From contig CM119263.1 of NCBI GenBank assembly GCA_051294375.1, forward strand, positions 26,006,436-26,070,435: DNA of 64,000 nucleotides. Direction: 5' to 3'. This DNA comes from Paraspadella gotoi. Its lineage: Eukaryota; Animalia; Chaetognatha. Under the pieces are notes generated by a model. That model did not search any database and was not told where the DNA came from. It saw only the letters and a program-made list of their open reading frames with translations. Positions 1 to 14,912 of this stretch are shown piece by piece (position 1 is the stretch's first letter; every line of letters starts with the position of its first letter). The position numbers and the translations under genes are program-made.

Positions 1-2375
1 AGGCGTGTTATGAGAAGTGGTGGACAAAAAGTGGGCAGTGAAGCGCCAGGGCCGTGGTCAAGTAAAGTGAGGGCGTGTGAAGTCAACTAAGGTTTTGTGA
101 AGCTTAACAGTGACGAAAAAAGAAGTGTTAAGTGAGGCCGTGTGAAGTGGAGTGACGAGCGTGTGAATTTTGAAGTGAGATCGCGTGGGAACGTGAAGTG
201 ATGCATGTGATTTGGAAGTTTGAGGACGCTGTGAAGTGAAGTTAAGATGTTGTAATTGTGACGTTAGGGCGTCTAAATTGAAGTGAGGGGCCCGCGTGTT
301 AAAGCTAAAAAAACATCAACACTCTTTTTCACACATCAATATTTCAGTTTTAAATTGTTTTTACATATTCCTCCCATTTCATTATGGTTCAGTAAAGAGA
401 ATAAATTCCTCCAATAAACTGTATCGATATCAAACAACGACGACGAACGCCGGCGCCGTAAGTTCACGCGGACCGCAGCCTCGCGGCGGGGGAACTGTTT
501 GCGGTTTTGCCGCGACTGAGTGCGACGTGTGATGGCGGGTTCGAAAAACTAAATACTGCCGAAAAAAACTCGGAATTTTTTCTTCACGATCGACGATTTT
601 CATCGACACTTATTCCTTCACAATTAATAATTCCCTTTCCGCCAAAAAAAATCGTTAAAAATAAGAAAATATTTAGAGGAAACTTTCTTAGTTAAGTTTA
701 ATCAATAATATCTCCAGACGGTTCGATTCATGGATTTAATGCTCTTCGAGGGTCGAACCGCCCTTTTCTCACTTCGCTCTTTTCAGATCTCATTTTATCG
801 GCGAACGCTTCCCTTCTGCATTTCATCTCTCTCGATCTCTAAATAGAAATAGAGAAGCGAGTTAGAGGTGTCTACGATGCTGCCCCCGAACCCCGAGTGG
901 GCGTTCGAAACTGTGGGATAAGTACGAGGTGAGTTGCTCGAGTTGTGGGGGGCGAAGTATTATGTGTGACTATGCTAGCAAGTGTTGGTAAATGTAATGA
1001 GTACAGCAGACTCCGCGATCAATAAGGGAGGTGGGCGCTAACTCGCGCCACGCTCCATTTCCCGCCAATCTCTGTGCCGAGATTCTGACGAGATCTCTGC
1101 CGAGATTAGATCCCGTTTCTATAATCCCATTATTGCTTCCTTGATCTCGGGCTTCTTCTTCATTACTCAGATATACTTTCCTTATCGTTTTTCTCTCAGT
1201 TTTTTCTTCATTATTTTCATTCCGATTCTCTCATCCTCTTTAATCTAAAAGAATCTTTTCTGTTCTATCGATCTCTTCTCTTCCTGACCTTCAACTTAAC
1301 CTCTCAACCTTCAATTTCCTTCGTTTTTAACCTCACCTTTTTCTCTTTGCCGCATCCTCACCCCACCTCCTACCTTACTTCGCCCCCCCCATACTATCTC
1401 CCTGACCCCATTCCTAATCTTAATCTACCCTCCACTTTTTCTTCCCTTCTTCCTCCCATTCTCGCCCTACACCCTCCAACACTTTATTCTCGTCCCCACC
1501 TCTCTTTCCACCCCCATCTCGACCCCAACATTTTATTTACCCCAATTTCCTTACACCCAACCCCCCTACTCGCCCCCAACCGTCCTCCGCCAGGCACGTC
1601 TACGTTCACGTGAACAACAACAAGGCGTCGAACCTTCATCGCTTTACTATTCGTTCAACTTTTTCAAAATCCTGGAGCGAAATCGAGGCGAAGTTCGCCT
1701 CCTCGCTCAAAGGACCTCGTCAAGAAGTACGACCCTGTAGTGGAAGGGTAAACAGAAAAGAACAGAACCGCTTAATGGTGATAGTTTCGGAGAAACGAAA
1801 TTGGGGGCAGGGTGCGTTGCAGAAAAGCAAGTTTTAAATAGAATAGGGGGGATAAAACCTCGACTTTATTTTACCAAAACCAGGATAAGCTTAAGCTATA
1901 TTCCGTCCGTCTTTTTAAGCTCTTTGGTAAAATGGGGGAGATGATGGCAGAGGGAAATGAAAAATTCCTTAACCTCACTCGGCAGGAACATTGAGGAAAA
2001 CATTCTTATTCGAACAGGATTCAAGAGGAGAATCATAAAAAACTGTTGCTGTGATGCTAAGGAGAATGAGTCTCATGAAGTTGGTTAAATGTTAGTTGGA
2101 GAAAAAGAGATTGAAATGAAATATAAGATTATTGAATCAGTTCTAAAGAACAATTAGAGAATAAAGTATTTAAAATTCTGATTGAGGTGTTTTGGTGGAG
2201 ATTACCGATATTGCGAATCAAGACCAAAAAACAAACATAATCTTTAAAAAAATATCCGAGAAAACGAATGATAAAGAAACACAAAATTAAAATTTTATAT
2301 TTATACATTACTTATTCCCCCAAGTTAAACAAACAGAAAACCCAATGAAGAAAAAACGAAGCGGAGAAAATGAGA
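1..2375 (+). pseudogene. Indel-riddled duplicate of ~18730-20975, including TOCA exons 1-2 (probable assembly or haplotype redundancy)
   Basis: Colinear near-identity to 18.7-21.0 kb with many single-base indels; the exon 1 (~877-929) and exon 2 (~1594-1737) copies are frameshifted. Confidence 0.8.
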
Positions 2376-2379
2376 AACT

Positions 2380-3486
2380 GCAGTCTTTGTTTGATTGATT
2401 TGATTGATTTGATTGATTTGATTGATTTGATAATTTCATTGATTTCATTAATTTGATTGATTATTCGAATCGGTTTTAAAGGTAAATGTTTGTACTTAAT
2501 AATAGAATAGAAAATGTGAAAGAGAAAGTTTGACATTTTGAAGTGAAAGTGAGAGTGAAAGAAGTGAAGGTGAAGTGGAATCGATGAGTGGGTGAAGAAA
2601 GGGTGAGGTTGTCGCGTGAAAAGTAAAGTCATTGATGAATGGTATGAGGAAGAGGAGGAAGAGGAGGAAGAAGAGAAAGAGGAATTAGATAGAAAAAGGA
2701 AGACTTTAACTGTCGAGCGGACAGCCAACTGGGAATATCTCGACGAAACAACTCAGAATGAGAAGAGAAAATGGAACAAATGAACAATCGACCCAAAGAA
2801 AAAATAAATCAGAAGGATAATGAGGAATATCGGAATGAAATGATATCATCGCAGGTGTATCAAGCCACCAAAAGCAAATCCTTAAATGATATGCTATGAA
2901 AAAAAGGTAAAAACTAACATCTCCATGTAACCTAAACTAAAGGTATTTTAAATATGTATGGTACATAAGAAAAAAGTTGAAAACAAAACACGAACATTGA
3001 TATACGTTTAAAAGTTGAAAAAGTTCTCGTTGCTTATTGGAAACTAACAAGATCAGTTCATCTAATGTGTTGCACCGCAGTGACTTTATTTTAACGTGTG
3101 ATCACATGATTAAATAACATGACATGACGACAATAGCTTTATTGAATTTCATCTTTTTTTTATAGTTTTAGAAGAGAGAATTATTTCTTTCTTAACAAAT
3201 GAGCAACAAACAATAGGCAAGTTATGAGCATTTTTAACGTAAGTGGGACCGATCGACGGACAAACATACCGACCGACCGACCGACAAGTGACATATAGAG
3301 TTGCTCCGCGAGTACGTGCGGCGCACCTAAAAATTTATCAAGAAATTGATCCAACAACCGAAAGCGGAATTTCAAGAGGATCAATGACCGAAAGAAATAA
3401 CGAGTGTGATGAGAACAACAAACAACGACAACGACAACGACAACGACAACAATGGCAGCGGTGACCTGACTTTTCTCTCTCTCTCT

Positions 3487-3559
<73 letters not shown>

Positions 3560-3754
3560 TTTTTTTTCCGCCGCTAACCAATTAAAAGGAGTGAATACCG
3601 ATCCTGGTGAAATTTTCTCGAACGAACAACAACAACAACAACGACAACTTTTTTATGGTGAGACAGCAGGCGAGACCCGGATGTAAAATCGGGAATTCCG
3701 AATTCCCTCCCGGATGTAAATAGAAAATTAGTGTTCCGGGGAGGAGGGTATGAG

Positions 3755-3789
<35 letters not shown>
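2380..3789 (+). repeat. Direct duplicate of ~13140-14700, ending in (GA)n at the N-gap
   Basis: Colinear match through gagggtatgagcggagagag; differences are mostly 1-nt indels plus one ~40-nt indel (13714-13757). Confidence 0.85.
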
Positions 3790-3814
3790 NNNNNNNNNNN
3801 NNNNNNNNNNNNNN
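3790..3814. other. Assembly gap
   Basis: Run of 25 N. Confidence 1.
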
Positions 3815-4476
3815 AGTGTGTGAGGGAGTCGTTGGTGAGTGGGTGAGAGTGGTGAAGGTTAAACTCATCAACTGGGCGTCTGAGGAAAGAATCAGGGTAA
3901 GTTAGTGGAGATAAGACAGAGGGCGTCTCTCTTCTAAAACTGGAAAAAAATTGTAAAGTAATCTTACCCAAAGGTAAGTCACTGGGACAGCCTTCTTGCT
4001 GGTTCCATTGGCAAACGACTCGAACGACGCCGCTTCCTTCGTATGCGCGATGAAGGCTCCAATTCGATGCCGCCGTCGTCGTCGTTCGTTCGTTCGCCAG
4101 TTGTCGGTCCACGCCTGCGGGCGCCGCTCCGCCATGTCGCAGAACAGGACACCGCCACATTTGTTGACGCCGGTCGGCATTCACCGTCGCCGCATGGACG
4201 AGATTAGCCCGGTGGGGCTGTTTTGGACGAACAAAGTAGCCGCCAAAGACAAGACGATCCAGAAAACGATCGAAAGTTCAGCCCGATTTGCCGTTTTCGT
4301 CGCATTTCGTTTTGTTTTTTAGTTTTGTTTTGTTTTTTATTACAAACGTTTTTTATTTGTTATCAACATTTTAATTTCAAACTTTGTTTCTAGTTATAAA
4401 ATAAAATTACGCCTTTATTTGATCAAAAACTCAGCGTCGCACGAGCTTGTCGTGATTCATTCTGAATTTAAAGAAA

Positions 4477-5325
4477 AAACAAGTTGAGCAAACAATGGTC
4501 GGATCTTCCCACGATAATTAGTAGTAATTAATTATTTTTTTAATTAATTCAAGTTAATTTCAATGTTGTTTTGAGTATTTTTTTGTCACTGGAACCACGA
4601 CAAAAGCAACGACGACGATTGATGGCGACGACGAAAAAAATGCCGATAACGATGACTTAACTTGATTGATTGATTTTGATTGATTAATTATGATTGATTA
4701 AATAATAATTAATGATAAAATAAATTGATTTTCTAATAATTAATTATTAGATAATAAATTGCTTTATTGAATAAATAAATTGTTAAGATTAATTGACTGA
4801 TTATTTAATTATTTGATTATTAATTGACTAATTGATTAATTTAACTGATTAATTATTTGATCATTAATACATCCTGCATTTACATTTAATATTAAAAGAA
4901 AAAGAAGCATAATAAATTCTGTGTGAAACGGTTTTTTTCATTTAAAACTCATTTCTACTCAACGATTTCATCGAACTGATCAGATTAATCACAAACATTC
5001 CTTACCGACATAAAAAAATTTAAGGTCTATTGCCCTATCCACTTATGAAGTATTTGCATTCAAATAGGGAAATAGCTGTTGTTTTATCCATTTAAAATAC
5101 ACTTCCAATCACACGATTCCATCGAAACTTGATATCCAGCTCAATCACACACTTTCGGGACGGACGAACCGACGGATGGACGGACATTATTTTTTTTGCA
5201 TAATTATCATAATTTGATGTTCTGATATGATATAAGTGAGTACCGGAAAAATTGTGGGGCAGACCGACAAGACCACAAAGTTGAATTATAGAGTCAGGAA
5301 TCTGCTGTAATCAGATCCGACAAAA
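4477..5325 (-). mobile_element. HINE family A copy
   Basis: Reverse-complement termini aacaagttgagcaaacaatggtcggatcttccc and gagtcaggaatctgctg...agatccgac; (GGAC)n tract. Confidence 0.7.
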
Positions 5326-5935
5326 AAAATTGAAAAGTGGAGCACTGGTTTTATTTAAACGGAGGCCACGAGTCGTTGATCTCGGTAAAAACGAAAGGAA
5401 AAAAATGAAAGAACGGTAACAGAGAAAAACGATATTCGATGCATCCTTCGCCTTTTTAATTATTTTTTTAAAGTATTTATTATTTAAATAATCTTTTTAA
5501 AAAATTATATAATTTGGCCAAACAGATAAGTTCGCAGAGAGTTGATGTGGAAAATAATATGAAGAGGCAGTCAGACATAAAAAAGTAAGAGAGAAAGAAC
5601 TGTTGACATAATAATGTGACTAATCACTAAATAGAAATGCAGCGGGACTTAATCCGACGCCAACGCATTGAGAAAAATTATTTTAAAATTCAGCACAATT
5701 TTTCCCGTCGTTTTTTCCAGTTAGGTCGGTGAAAGATCGTCAATTACAGGCGAGCGGCCCGTTGTAAACTCGATTCGAAAAAAAAAAAAAATCAGTTAAA
5801 ACGAAACGATTATTACAGAAAAAAATAAATATTAAAACCAATTTGAAATTTCTTCCGCAATATGGTCGTCAAAAAGAAATTGAGAGAAGAGGAAAGAGAG
5901 AGAGAGATGAAGAGAGAGAGAGGACGGAGAGAGAG

Positions 5936-5977
<42 letters not shown>

Positions 5978-7023
5978 ACAGAGAGGAGAGAAGAGAAGAG
6001 GCTGGTGGCTGGCGATAATCGAGACAAGTTTCGGGTAATCGAGTAATTTTGGGTGACAAACGTCGCCTTTCGAAAAAGGAAGGAAGCGAAAAGTCTTTTT
6101 CGCGATGTTGACGAAAAACTTTAATCCGAGTTTCTTTTTTAAGATGCGCCGCGAGTAACTCGCGAGCAACTCCTATAAGTCACTTTTCGCGTCGGTCGGT
6201 TTCGTCGGTAAGTCTGTCCGCGGTCTGTCCCAACTTCTAAAACTGCTCATAAAATGTATAATTGTTGCTCATTTGTTAAGACAGGAAAAGAAAAATTCCT
6301 ATAGCAGTGCATGTCATAAATACACGGCCTAAGAAATAATGGTAGTCAAGTAGTCATGTCATGTCACCCTGACGTCATGTCATGTTCAGATCATACACAA
6401 AAACACACGCTGCGCAACACATTGGAATTATCGTTTTGTTTATATAAAAGGGAAATATTTTTTTATAAAAATCGATTTACAATGATTGCAGCGTTCAGCA
6501 TTTTATTTTTTAAATCTGCTTTTTTTTTAAAGGAAGGTATTTCTTCAAATATGGCGTGACTCTTAAAAGTGTTTTTTCACCATTCAACGATTCTTGAATC
6601 AGTTTGTTAAGAGTAATGCTTCATTTTATAGTGAATTTTTGTTTTTTTAAATCACAAAGTTTTCACAACATCTTCTTTGCCCGAAAATCGAATGTTGATT
6701 TCGTCGAAGAATTCTCGAAGAATTTTAAAGGAGAAGACGGAAATCACGAATCCGTTCGATCGGGGGAAAAAGCCATATCTCCAGGGCTCTCTCGGATACT
6801 TCCGGGAAGAGAGAGAGAGCAGCGAGCGAGAGAAGAGAGAGAGAGAGAGAAGAAGAGAGAGAGTGAGAGAGAGAGAGAGAAGAGAGAGAGTGAGAGAGAG
6901 CAGAGAGAGAGATTCTTTAGGAAGGTCTCCACTACCAAAACACAATTACTTTTAAGGGAAAGATAGAAAGCAGAGGGCACACACATCTTAGAGAGATGAG
7001 AGAGGAGAGAGAGGACGAGAGAG

Positions 7024-7061
<38 letters not shown>

Positions 7062-7163
7062 GATCTTTAGGAAGTCTCACTAACAAAAACAAATTACTTT
7101 TAAGGAAAGAGAGAAAGAGAGACACACACCTTAGAGAGAGAGGAGAGAGAAGATGAGAGAGAT

Positions 7164-7194
<31 letters not shown>

Positions 7195-9329
7195 TAGAGC
7201 ACGACAGAGAGAGGAAGAGCAGATTAGAACTTTAAACAAAGCTGCTAAAAAACGTTATAAAAAACATTCTGAATAATAATTATCTCCGAAAAAAAAAAGC
7301 ATTTCTGTGAAAATCGAAAGGATTTAATAGAGATGACATCGATTATCCTTGACGATAACAACTGGTGTGATCAAAGTTAGTTTTCCAATTTGCGATTTAT
7401 TGCACGGACTGCCGCAACTTTCCGCCTCCACCAATCGCAACTTTGCTGTGGCGACAGAGAGAGAGGAGCACACGGACGCCACAGTGTTGAGAACGACGAC
7501 CACGATTAAGGTAATGCGCGTGAAATCCGAGGGGAAATATCGATGGAGAGAGAGAGAGAGGACAGAAGAGAGAGAGAGAGAACGAGAGAGATCGAGAGAG
7601 AGATGAGAGAGATGAGAGAGAGGAAGAGAGAGAGAGATAGAAAAAAGAACCGAAGTCAAAATTGCCCTTTTCTCTTCCAAGAGAGAGCCAATGTCGACAT
7701 ATACGTTATTAAACAGAGAGAAAAACAGTTGACGAAAAGCTATGTGTAAAAAAATCGTTGAGACATAGCAAACAGCGTCTTGAAGAAAGCGAGCAGCCAA
7801 AAGAGAACCATTTCTATTTGCAGCCAAAGAAAGGCGCAACGCTTGCGTTTTCTCAATGACGAAATCTTGAAGATTTAAGTAAGCCGAGGCCGGAACGGTG
7901 TCAGTGTGAACGAGTCCGTGATCCAACGCGAATCACATTTCAGGCCGAGATCACATCTCATCTTTCTTGAGCCAATCTGATCATTTCTGTTTTATGAAGG
8001 GGGTCGGCGGACAGTTCTATTTTTTTTCATTCTCTTTTACCTTTTTACTTTTTACTTTTTACTTTTTACTTTCTTTCTTCTTTATTTCTTTCTTTCTTTC
8101 TTTCTTTTTTTTATTTTTTTAAAAATACTAGAGATAAGTTTTTTTTTAGGCTTTTATTTATTTATTTGCTGTTTAAACGACAAATTTAATTCAATTGGTT
8201 TTCGTTTTTCGCAAAATTACACATTTACCCAAAAAATGTGAAAATTTTTTACGCACATTCGAAAATGGAAATCCGTTTTTAAATCACAATTTTTTAAAAG
8301 TTTGTCAGTTAAAATCTTATATGGCGATGTAAAAAAAAACGAAAATTTAAAGGCCATAAGTGATGCATTTGTTGGGAAAAAGGAAAAAGTCTCGGGGGAT
8401 GAGATTGTGTAGTGATACTTGCAGAAAAGAACTCCCACGTGAAATCAAGGATGAAAGGTGCCGATTTATTTGGCTGGGAAATCGAGTTTGGAAAATCCAG
8501 TTTCCGAGTTTGGAGGCGTTCCCGACGTTAAATCCCTCTCGATGGCAGATTTGCGATTTATTGGATCTTTATTTTGAATCGATCGCGAAAGTCTCACAAA
8601 TCGTTTGTTTCGTAAACAATTGATTTTATATATTGGCCAGTTTTGACTGTTACTCTTTTAAATAATTGAATATTTGAAGAAGAATAGAAAAACGATCAAA
8701 TTTTTTTTAAACAAAATTATATTTATAATTTGGAAAGGTTAAATTCTATTTATTCTAATGTTGTTTAACTGGGGTCAACGTTATAACTTTAGATCAATTG
8801 AAACGTACATATGCTGAATGGGTTTTCGTCCATTTTCTGGGGATGAACAAACACAGGCGATAGTCCGACGAAGATAAGGGAGAGGCTTGAATGACTTTGA
8901 ACAAGTGTTTCTAAAGACTTTAAAGGAATGCCTTCGATAAAAGAGGCAGTTTCTAATATAATAATAAAAATAAGAATAAAAAAAGAGGTTACTAAACGCT
9001 TTGACATTAAAAAGAAAATCCATAAAAACTTTGCCACGTTTAGCAAAAATTTTTCAAAAACAGTGGAGCGAAAAAAAAAGAAGAAAATTAGCGAAAAAAA
9101 AACATAGTCATTTGTCGAGAGAGACTATTACAACGAATTCGTCAAACTGAGGCTTACAGTGGGATCCGGGCATCTTCGTCGACCTCGATCCTCGAGACGT
9201 CAAAGAATCGGAGGCCCGTATGCCGGAACGTATGCCCGGTTTCATGCCCGCCCGGCGCTCTTTTCAGCCCCCCCTCCTCTTCCTCTCTTGTTTCCTTCAT
9301 TTGCATTTTTTTTCTTTCTAAAAGATTCG

Positions 9330-9700
9330 AGAGGAAAGTTCTCTCGTCAATTGTTGCGAATTGAGAGGAAATTGAGGAATTGAGAAATTGAGAATGCAGA
9401 ATTGAGAGGAAGTTTCTCTCCTCATTTGTTGCGAATTGAGAGGAATTGAGAATGAGGAATTTGAGAATTGAGAGGAAAGTTCTCTCGTCATTGTTTGGCG
9501 AAATGAGAGGAATTGAGAATGAGAATGAGAATTTGAGAATTGAAATTGAGAAATGAGAGGAAATTCTCTCGTCATTGTTGCTAATTGAGAGGAATTGAGA
9601 ATTGAGAATGAGAATGAGAATTTGAGATTGAGAGGAAGTTCTCGCGTCATTGTTGCCGAATTGAGAGGAAAAATGAGAATTGAGAATTGATAATTGAGAC
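9330..9700. repeat. Degenerate GAGAATT-based satellite with a longer-period unit
   Basis: Recurrent gagaggaaagttctctcgtcattgttgcgaattgagagg units separated by (gagaat)n. Confidence 0.8.
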
Positions 9701-12462
9701 GGAAGTTCTCCTCTTCATTTGTTGCTCAACTCCGCCCGCTCTCCTTTCCAAAAATCCCTCACAAAAGGGACCCAGCGGTTTTTTCTCTCTCTCTTCTTTT
9801 TTTCAAGGGGGGGGGGGAGGGAGGGGACAGCTCTTTCTGTCGTCATTGATCACCGACACGTCTTTCTCTCGGGTTTATCACCAAAGCGGTCCTTATGGGT
9901 ATCGAATAAACTGATGCACTCCATTCATTTATAATATTTTTTTTGTGTATAATGCTTTAGGTTCTATAGATTAAAAGGGCCATTTATTTTTCATGTCATT
10001 AAGTGAAGATCTTTAGTAGTATTTCTTTTTACCTTTTTTCACTACTGAAAAAAAAAAAAAATCCTTATCACCATTTATTACCCGGCTCATCTTCACTCTT
10101 TACCAACTATTCATCACCCGTATTTCCTTTTACTCCATTGATCACTCGCTCTCTTTTTCATTTCAATTCCCATTATTTTTTTGAAAAAGCAGTCAAGAAG
10201 AAAGCGTGTAATTCACTAAGAAAAAAAAACAAACTTTTCATCATAGTTTTGTACAGTTATGCCCATAGTCTTTTTTTTTTTAAATTGTAAGTATTATGGC
10301 TCTGAATAAGATATTCATTTATTAAAGTATAGATCGTTATTTTCTTTCTTTCACAACCTAACCCAAACACTTTTTAGGATATCCTCTTTTTCTTTTAGTA
10401 GTGCGAACACCCGATGGCCCCCGCCGGGGATTCCATGCCCTTTTGCCCGAAAAACGCGAACAAACGAGGATCGCACGTTCGTCGTCGTTCGTCGTCATTA
10501 TCATCATCATCAATCTCTAACGTTCATCACTACGGGCTCGAAGGTTCCTCTCCTCTTTTTTTTCCAAGCCCTCGACCTTACCTCTACTTTTACCTTTCAG
10601 TTTAAAACGCCTTTATGTCCCATAATGGTTTCGCCTTCTTGAGGAAATGATTGGTGGCCTCACCGTCACCGTCCCCAGCCATTCTGTCATCTCTCTCCAT
10701 CTCTCCATCTCTCCGTCGGGCCCCTTTTACCTCTTTCTTTTTTTTCTTTTTTTTCTTTCTTTTGTTTATCTCTCTTGCGTTCTCAAAGACGATCAACTTA
10801 AGCTCGAAAGGAGAGAACAAGCGTTAGCAATTAACATTGTAAACTTTTTAACCATTTTTTTAAAGTTTTATTATTTTAAAAATATTTAAGCCAATTATAC
10901 ATGTGGTATTTAGGGTTACAATTTTTATTCGAAAAGAAAAAGTATTTTTTTTTAAATAAATGTCGCAGACTTCGCCCACACAAAATCGCTATTAAAAAAA
11001 AAAAACTTTGTCCGAGAACGGGAAATTTCTGATTCACCTGTATTATAAAATATTGCCAGTAAATAAAGTATTTTTATGCTTATATAAACTGAAAAATAAA
11101 TTAAAGGATTTCTTTCCTTTTTTTTGTTTCGTTAATTTAGTTTTTGGTTCGAAAAAATAAAGGTTCGCCTGGTAGTAAAGTTGTGCAGATTTATTCCAAG
11201 ATTAAGAAATCTGGATCCGGTGAAACAAACAGACGACAAAATACAGTAGTAGCGAATAGAAATTTTGAACGGAATATAACGCTTACAAGTTACAGTGAAG
11301 GTTTACAGTATTCGTTGTTTATTCCGTGTTTTTTTTCGTCCCGTCGATGAAAACGCTTCGTTCGTTCGTCGGGAGTCCGTCCTTTCGCCATCTGAAAACG
11401 GGGGCTACTTCTTGTCGTTCGTCGTCGTCGTCGTCGTCGTCGTCGTCTCCGTCGATATCATTCCTCTTTTTTTGTATCGTCGACGTAAATATCGTCGTTG
11501 TCGTCGTCGACTCCGCGCAAACCAAAAAGGATTTTTTTATTTTTTTTAAAAAATCTTCTCGTCGATTTTGTTTATTTTTTTTTTCTTGAAAAAATCGAAG
11601 CGGTTTTCTGCTTCTGTCGTTTTCATCTGTCGACCGACTTTTAAAGCCGACGAAATCGAGCCACCTGCTCTTTTTTAGCCTTTTCATGTTTTTCCTCCGC
11701 AAATCGAAGCACTTTATATTTGTTACCTCAGTCTCCTCTTCCCCGGACTCCTCTCACTTTGTCATTTCTTTGGGGGAACTAAAGTTTGGCAGTTTTGATT
11801 GAATTCTATACTAAACAAAGGTTTTGATTGAATTTAAACCAAAAAAAAGATAATAAATTTAGAAAAAAAGAAAGAAAAAGGCGCGGCGATGGCTGGTTTG
11901 AAAACTGCCTTTTTTTTTTGCAGAATAATAAAAAAATAAATAAAAAAAAGTAATTAAAAACAAATAAAAATAAAGATGGTTTTAAAAAAAAAGCTTTGCT
12001 TATTTTCTCTTTTTCCTGTCGTAGTTATCGTCGTCGGTCCGTCGTTGTCGTCTGCATAAGTCGTTGACAACAACGTGATAGCGAAGTGAAGGCTTTTAAA
12101 AACTCACGAAAGCTTCGGTTAATTGCCTGGCAGGAAATCACCTGGCAAAGTTTGGAACTGCTTCGCGAAAAAACTGTCTGCTTTTTTTTCTCAATCGAAA
12201 CGGTTGAATGATATTTATTGTTTACATAGGTGAGCTTTTAAACAAAAGAGATTACCAAGGATTATGAATTTTATTTAAAGATAAAAATGGACACTTGTTA
12301 AAAAAGTTTGTTTGACTAAAAAAAAAACTTTAAAAATGAAAAAAGGGGAAAGAAATTCCGTAAATTTCTTTAGTTTTAATATTTCTTTCCCAAACACAAC
12401 TCATTAGAGTGTGATGGCAAATTTAAAGCATTTTAAAATTTTGATTCCCTTTTATGGGTTTC

Positions 12463-12493
<31 letters not shown>

Positions 12494-12524
12494 TTCTTTC
12501 TTTCTTTTTTTCTTTCTTTCTTTC

Positions 12525-12569
<45 letters not shown>

Positions 12570-14375
12570 TTTTTTCTTTCTTCTTTCTTTCTTTCTTTCT
12601 TTTCAAACTTTTTTCAGTCCAATTCTTTGCTTTAATGATGGAAACAGAATAAAAAGTTCGTTTAAATTGACGTCATTGATGAGATTCAATGAGTTAGCTC
12701 TCGTTGTCGGTGAGAAGAAAACGGCAAAATCAGGCGAGATCCGGCGAGATCTTTTGAGTTTGAATGTGTTAAACGCGCTAGTTTAACTAAACTATCACGT
12801 GAAATAAGAAACGTAATCGCGTTTTTGAGTTGGTATCACAGCTTTTTATCCTACTGAGTTCACGCGATCTCCGGCACGTCCGCCCCCGCGGCGAGGAGTA
12901 TATGACTTTGTGAGTGCGCTCCACGAAGGCGTAATGCGACTCGTGGTGAGTTTTCAACGACTCATTTTTTTGAATGAGAAAGAATGGCGGGAAAGACGAT
13001 CGAGGAAATGAGGGGCCGGAGGGGGGCGGAGGGGGGCGGAGAGGGGGAGGGTTTGAACGAGGATTTGCTTAAAAGGGGAAGGAGGCGGCCGGCTGGGAAG
13101 GAGTTAAAAAGAGTTAAGGGACGCTTATTGTCGACGTTATGATTTGATGATTTTGATTGAATTTGATTTTGATTATTGATTTGATTGATTTGATGATTTG
13201 ATGCATTTGATGATTTGATTTGATTTGATTGATTTGATTTAATTTCAGTTGATTTTCATTAATTTGATTTGATTATTCGAATCGTTTTAAAGGTAATATG
13301 TTTGTACTTTAATAATAGAATAGAAATGTGAAAAGAAAGAAAGTTTGACATTTGAAGTGTGAAAGTTGAGAGTGAAAGAAGTGAAGGTGAAGTGGAATCG
13401 CATGATGTGGAAGTTGAAGAAAGGGTGAGGTTGTCGCGTTGAAAAGCTAAAGTTCATGATGAATGTATTGAGGAAGAGGAGAAGAGGAGGAGAAGAGAGA
13501 AAGAGGAATTAGATAGAAAAGGAAGGACTTTAACCTGTCGAGCGGACAGCCAACTGGGGAAATATCTCACGAAACACACTCAGAATGAAGAAGAGAAAAA
13601 TTGGAACAAAATTAGAACAATCGACCAAAGAAAAAATAAATCAGACGGATAATGAGGAATATCGGAATGAAATGAATATCCATTCGCAGGTGTATCAAGC
13701 CACAAATAGCAAATCAGATCGGGAGGCTCGGGCGATCTCCGCATCCATGAGTTTTTCCTTCAATGATTATGTTATGAAAAAAGGTTAAAAAACTAAAATC
13801 TGCCATGTAACCTAAACTAAAGGTATTAAATATATATGGTACATAAGAAAAAAGTTTAAAACAAAACACGAACTATTGATATACGGTTTAAAAGTTGAAA
13901 AAGTTCTCGTTGCTTATTGGAAACTAACAAGATCAGTTTATCTAATGTGTTTGCACCGCAGTGACTTTATTTTAACGTTGATCACATGATTAAATACATA
14001 GACATGACGACAATAGCTTTATTTGAATTTCATCTTTTTTTTATAGTTTTTAGAAGCAGAGAATTATTTCTTTCTTAACAAATGAGCAACAAACAATAGG
14101 CAGTTATGAGCATTTTAACGTAAGTGGGACCCGCATCGACCGGACAAACATAACCGACGACCGACCGAACAAGTGACATATAGAGTTGCTCCGCGAGTAC
14201 GTGCGTCGCACCTTAAAATTTTATCAAGAAAATTGATCCAAACACCGAAAGCGGACATTTCAAGAGGATCACATTGAACCGAAAGAAATAACGAGTGTGA
14301 TGAGAACAACAAACAACGACAACGACAACGACAACGACAACTAATGGCAGCGGTGACGCTGACTTTTCTCTCTCT

Positions 14376-14415
<40 letters not shown>

Positions 14416-14845
14416 TCCTCTCTCTCTCTCTCCTCTCTCTCTCTCTTCTCTCTCTCTTTTTTTTTCCGCCGCTAACCCAATTAAAAGGAGTGAAAACCGA
14501 ATCCTGAGTGAAATTTTCTCGAAACGTAACAACAACAACAACAACGACAACTTTTTTATGGTTGAGACAGCAGGCGAGGACCCGGATGTGAAATCGGAAT
14601 TCCGAATTCCCTCCCGGATGTAATAGAAAATTAGTGTTCCGGGGAGGAGGGTATGAGCGGAGAGAGAGAGAGAGAGAGGAAAGAGAGAGAGAGAGAGAGT
14701 GAGAGAGAGAGCTGAATCGGCAACTTTTTTTTATTTCTTTCTCTCGAGCCGCGAGGAAATATTTTTCACTGATGAAATTATACAGAGAAAATTACATTGA
14801 TTTATGCCTTAGGGAGAATAGGAATGGAATTGGAGGGGGGCGCAG

Positions 14846-14912
<67 letters not shown>

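Noticed and set aside
7324-7926. 200-aa minus-strand ORF
   Set aside because: Runs through a (CT)n tract and has no recognisable domain or exon boundaries.
14769-14800. Other CTGATGA matches (14769, 50725, 61572) as hammerheads
   Set aside because: No stem II plus GAAA plus stem III arrangement; the 61572 match overlaps a splice acceptor.
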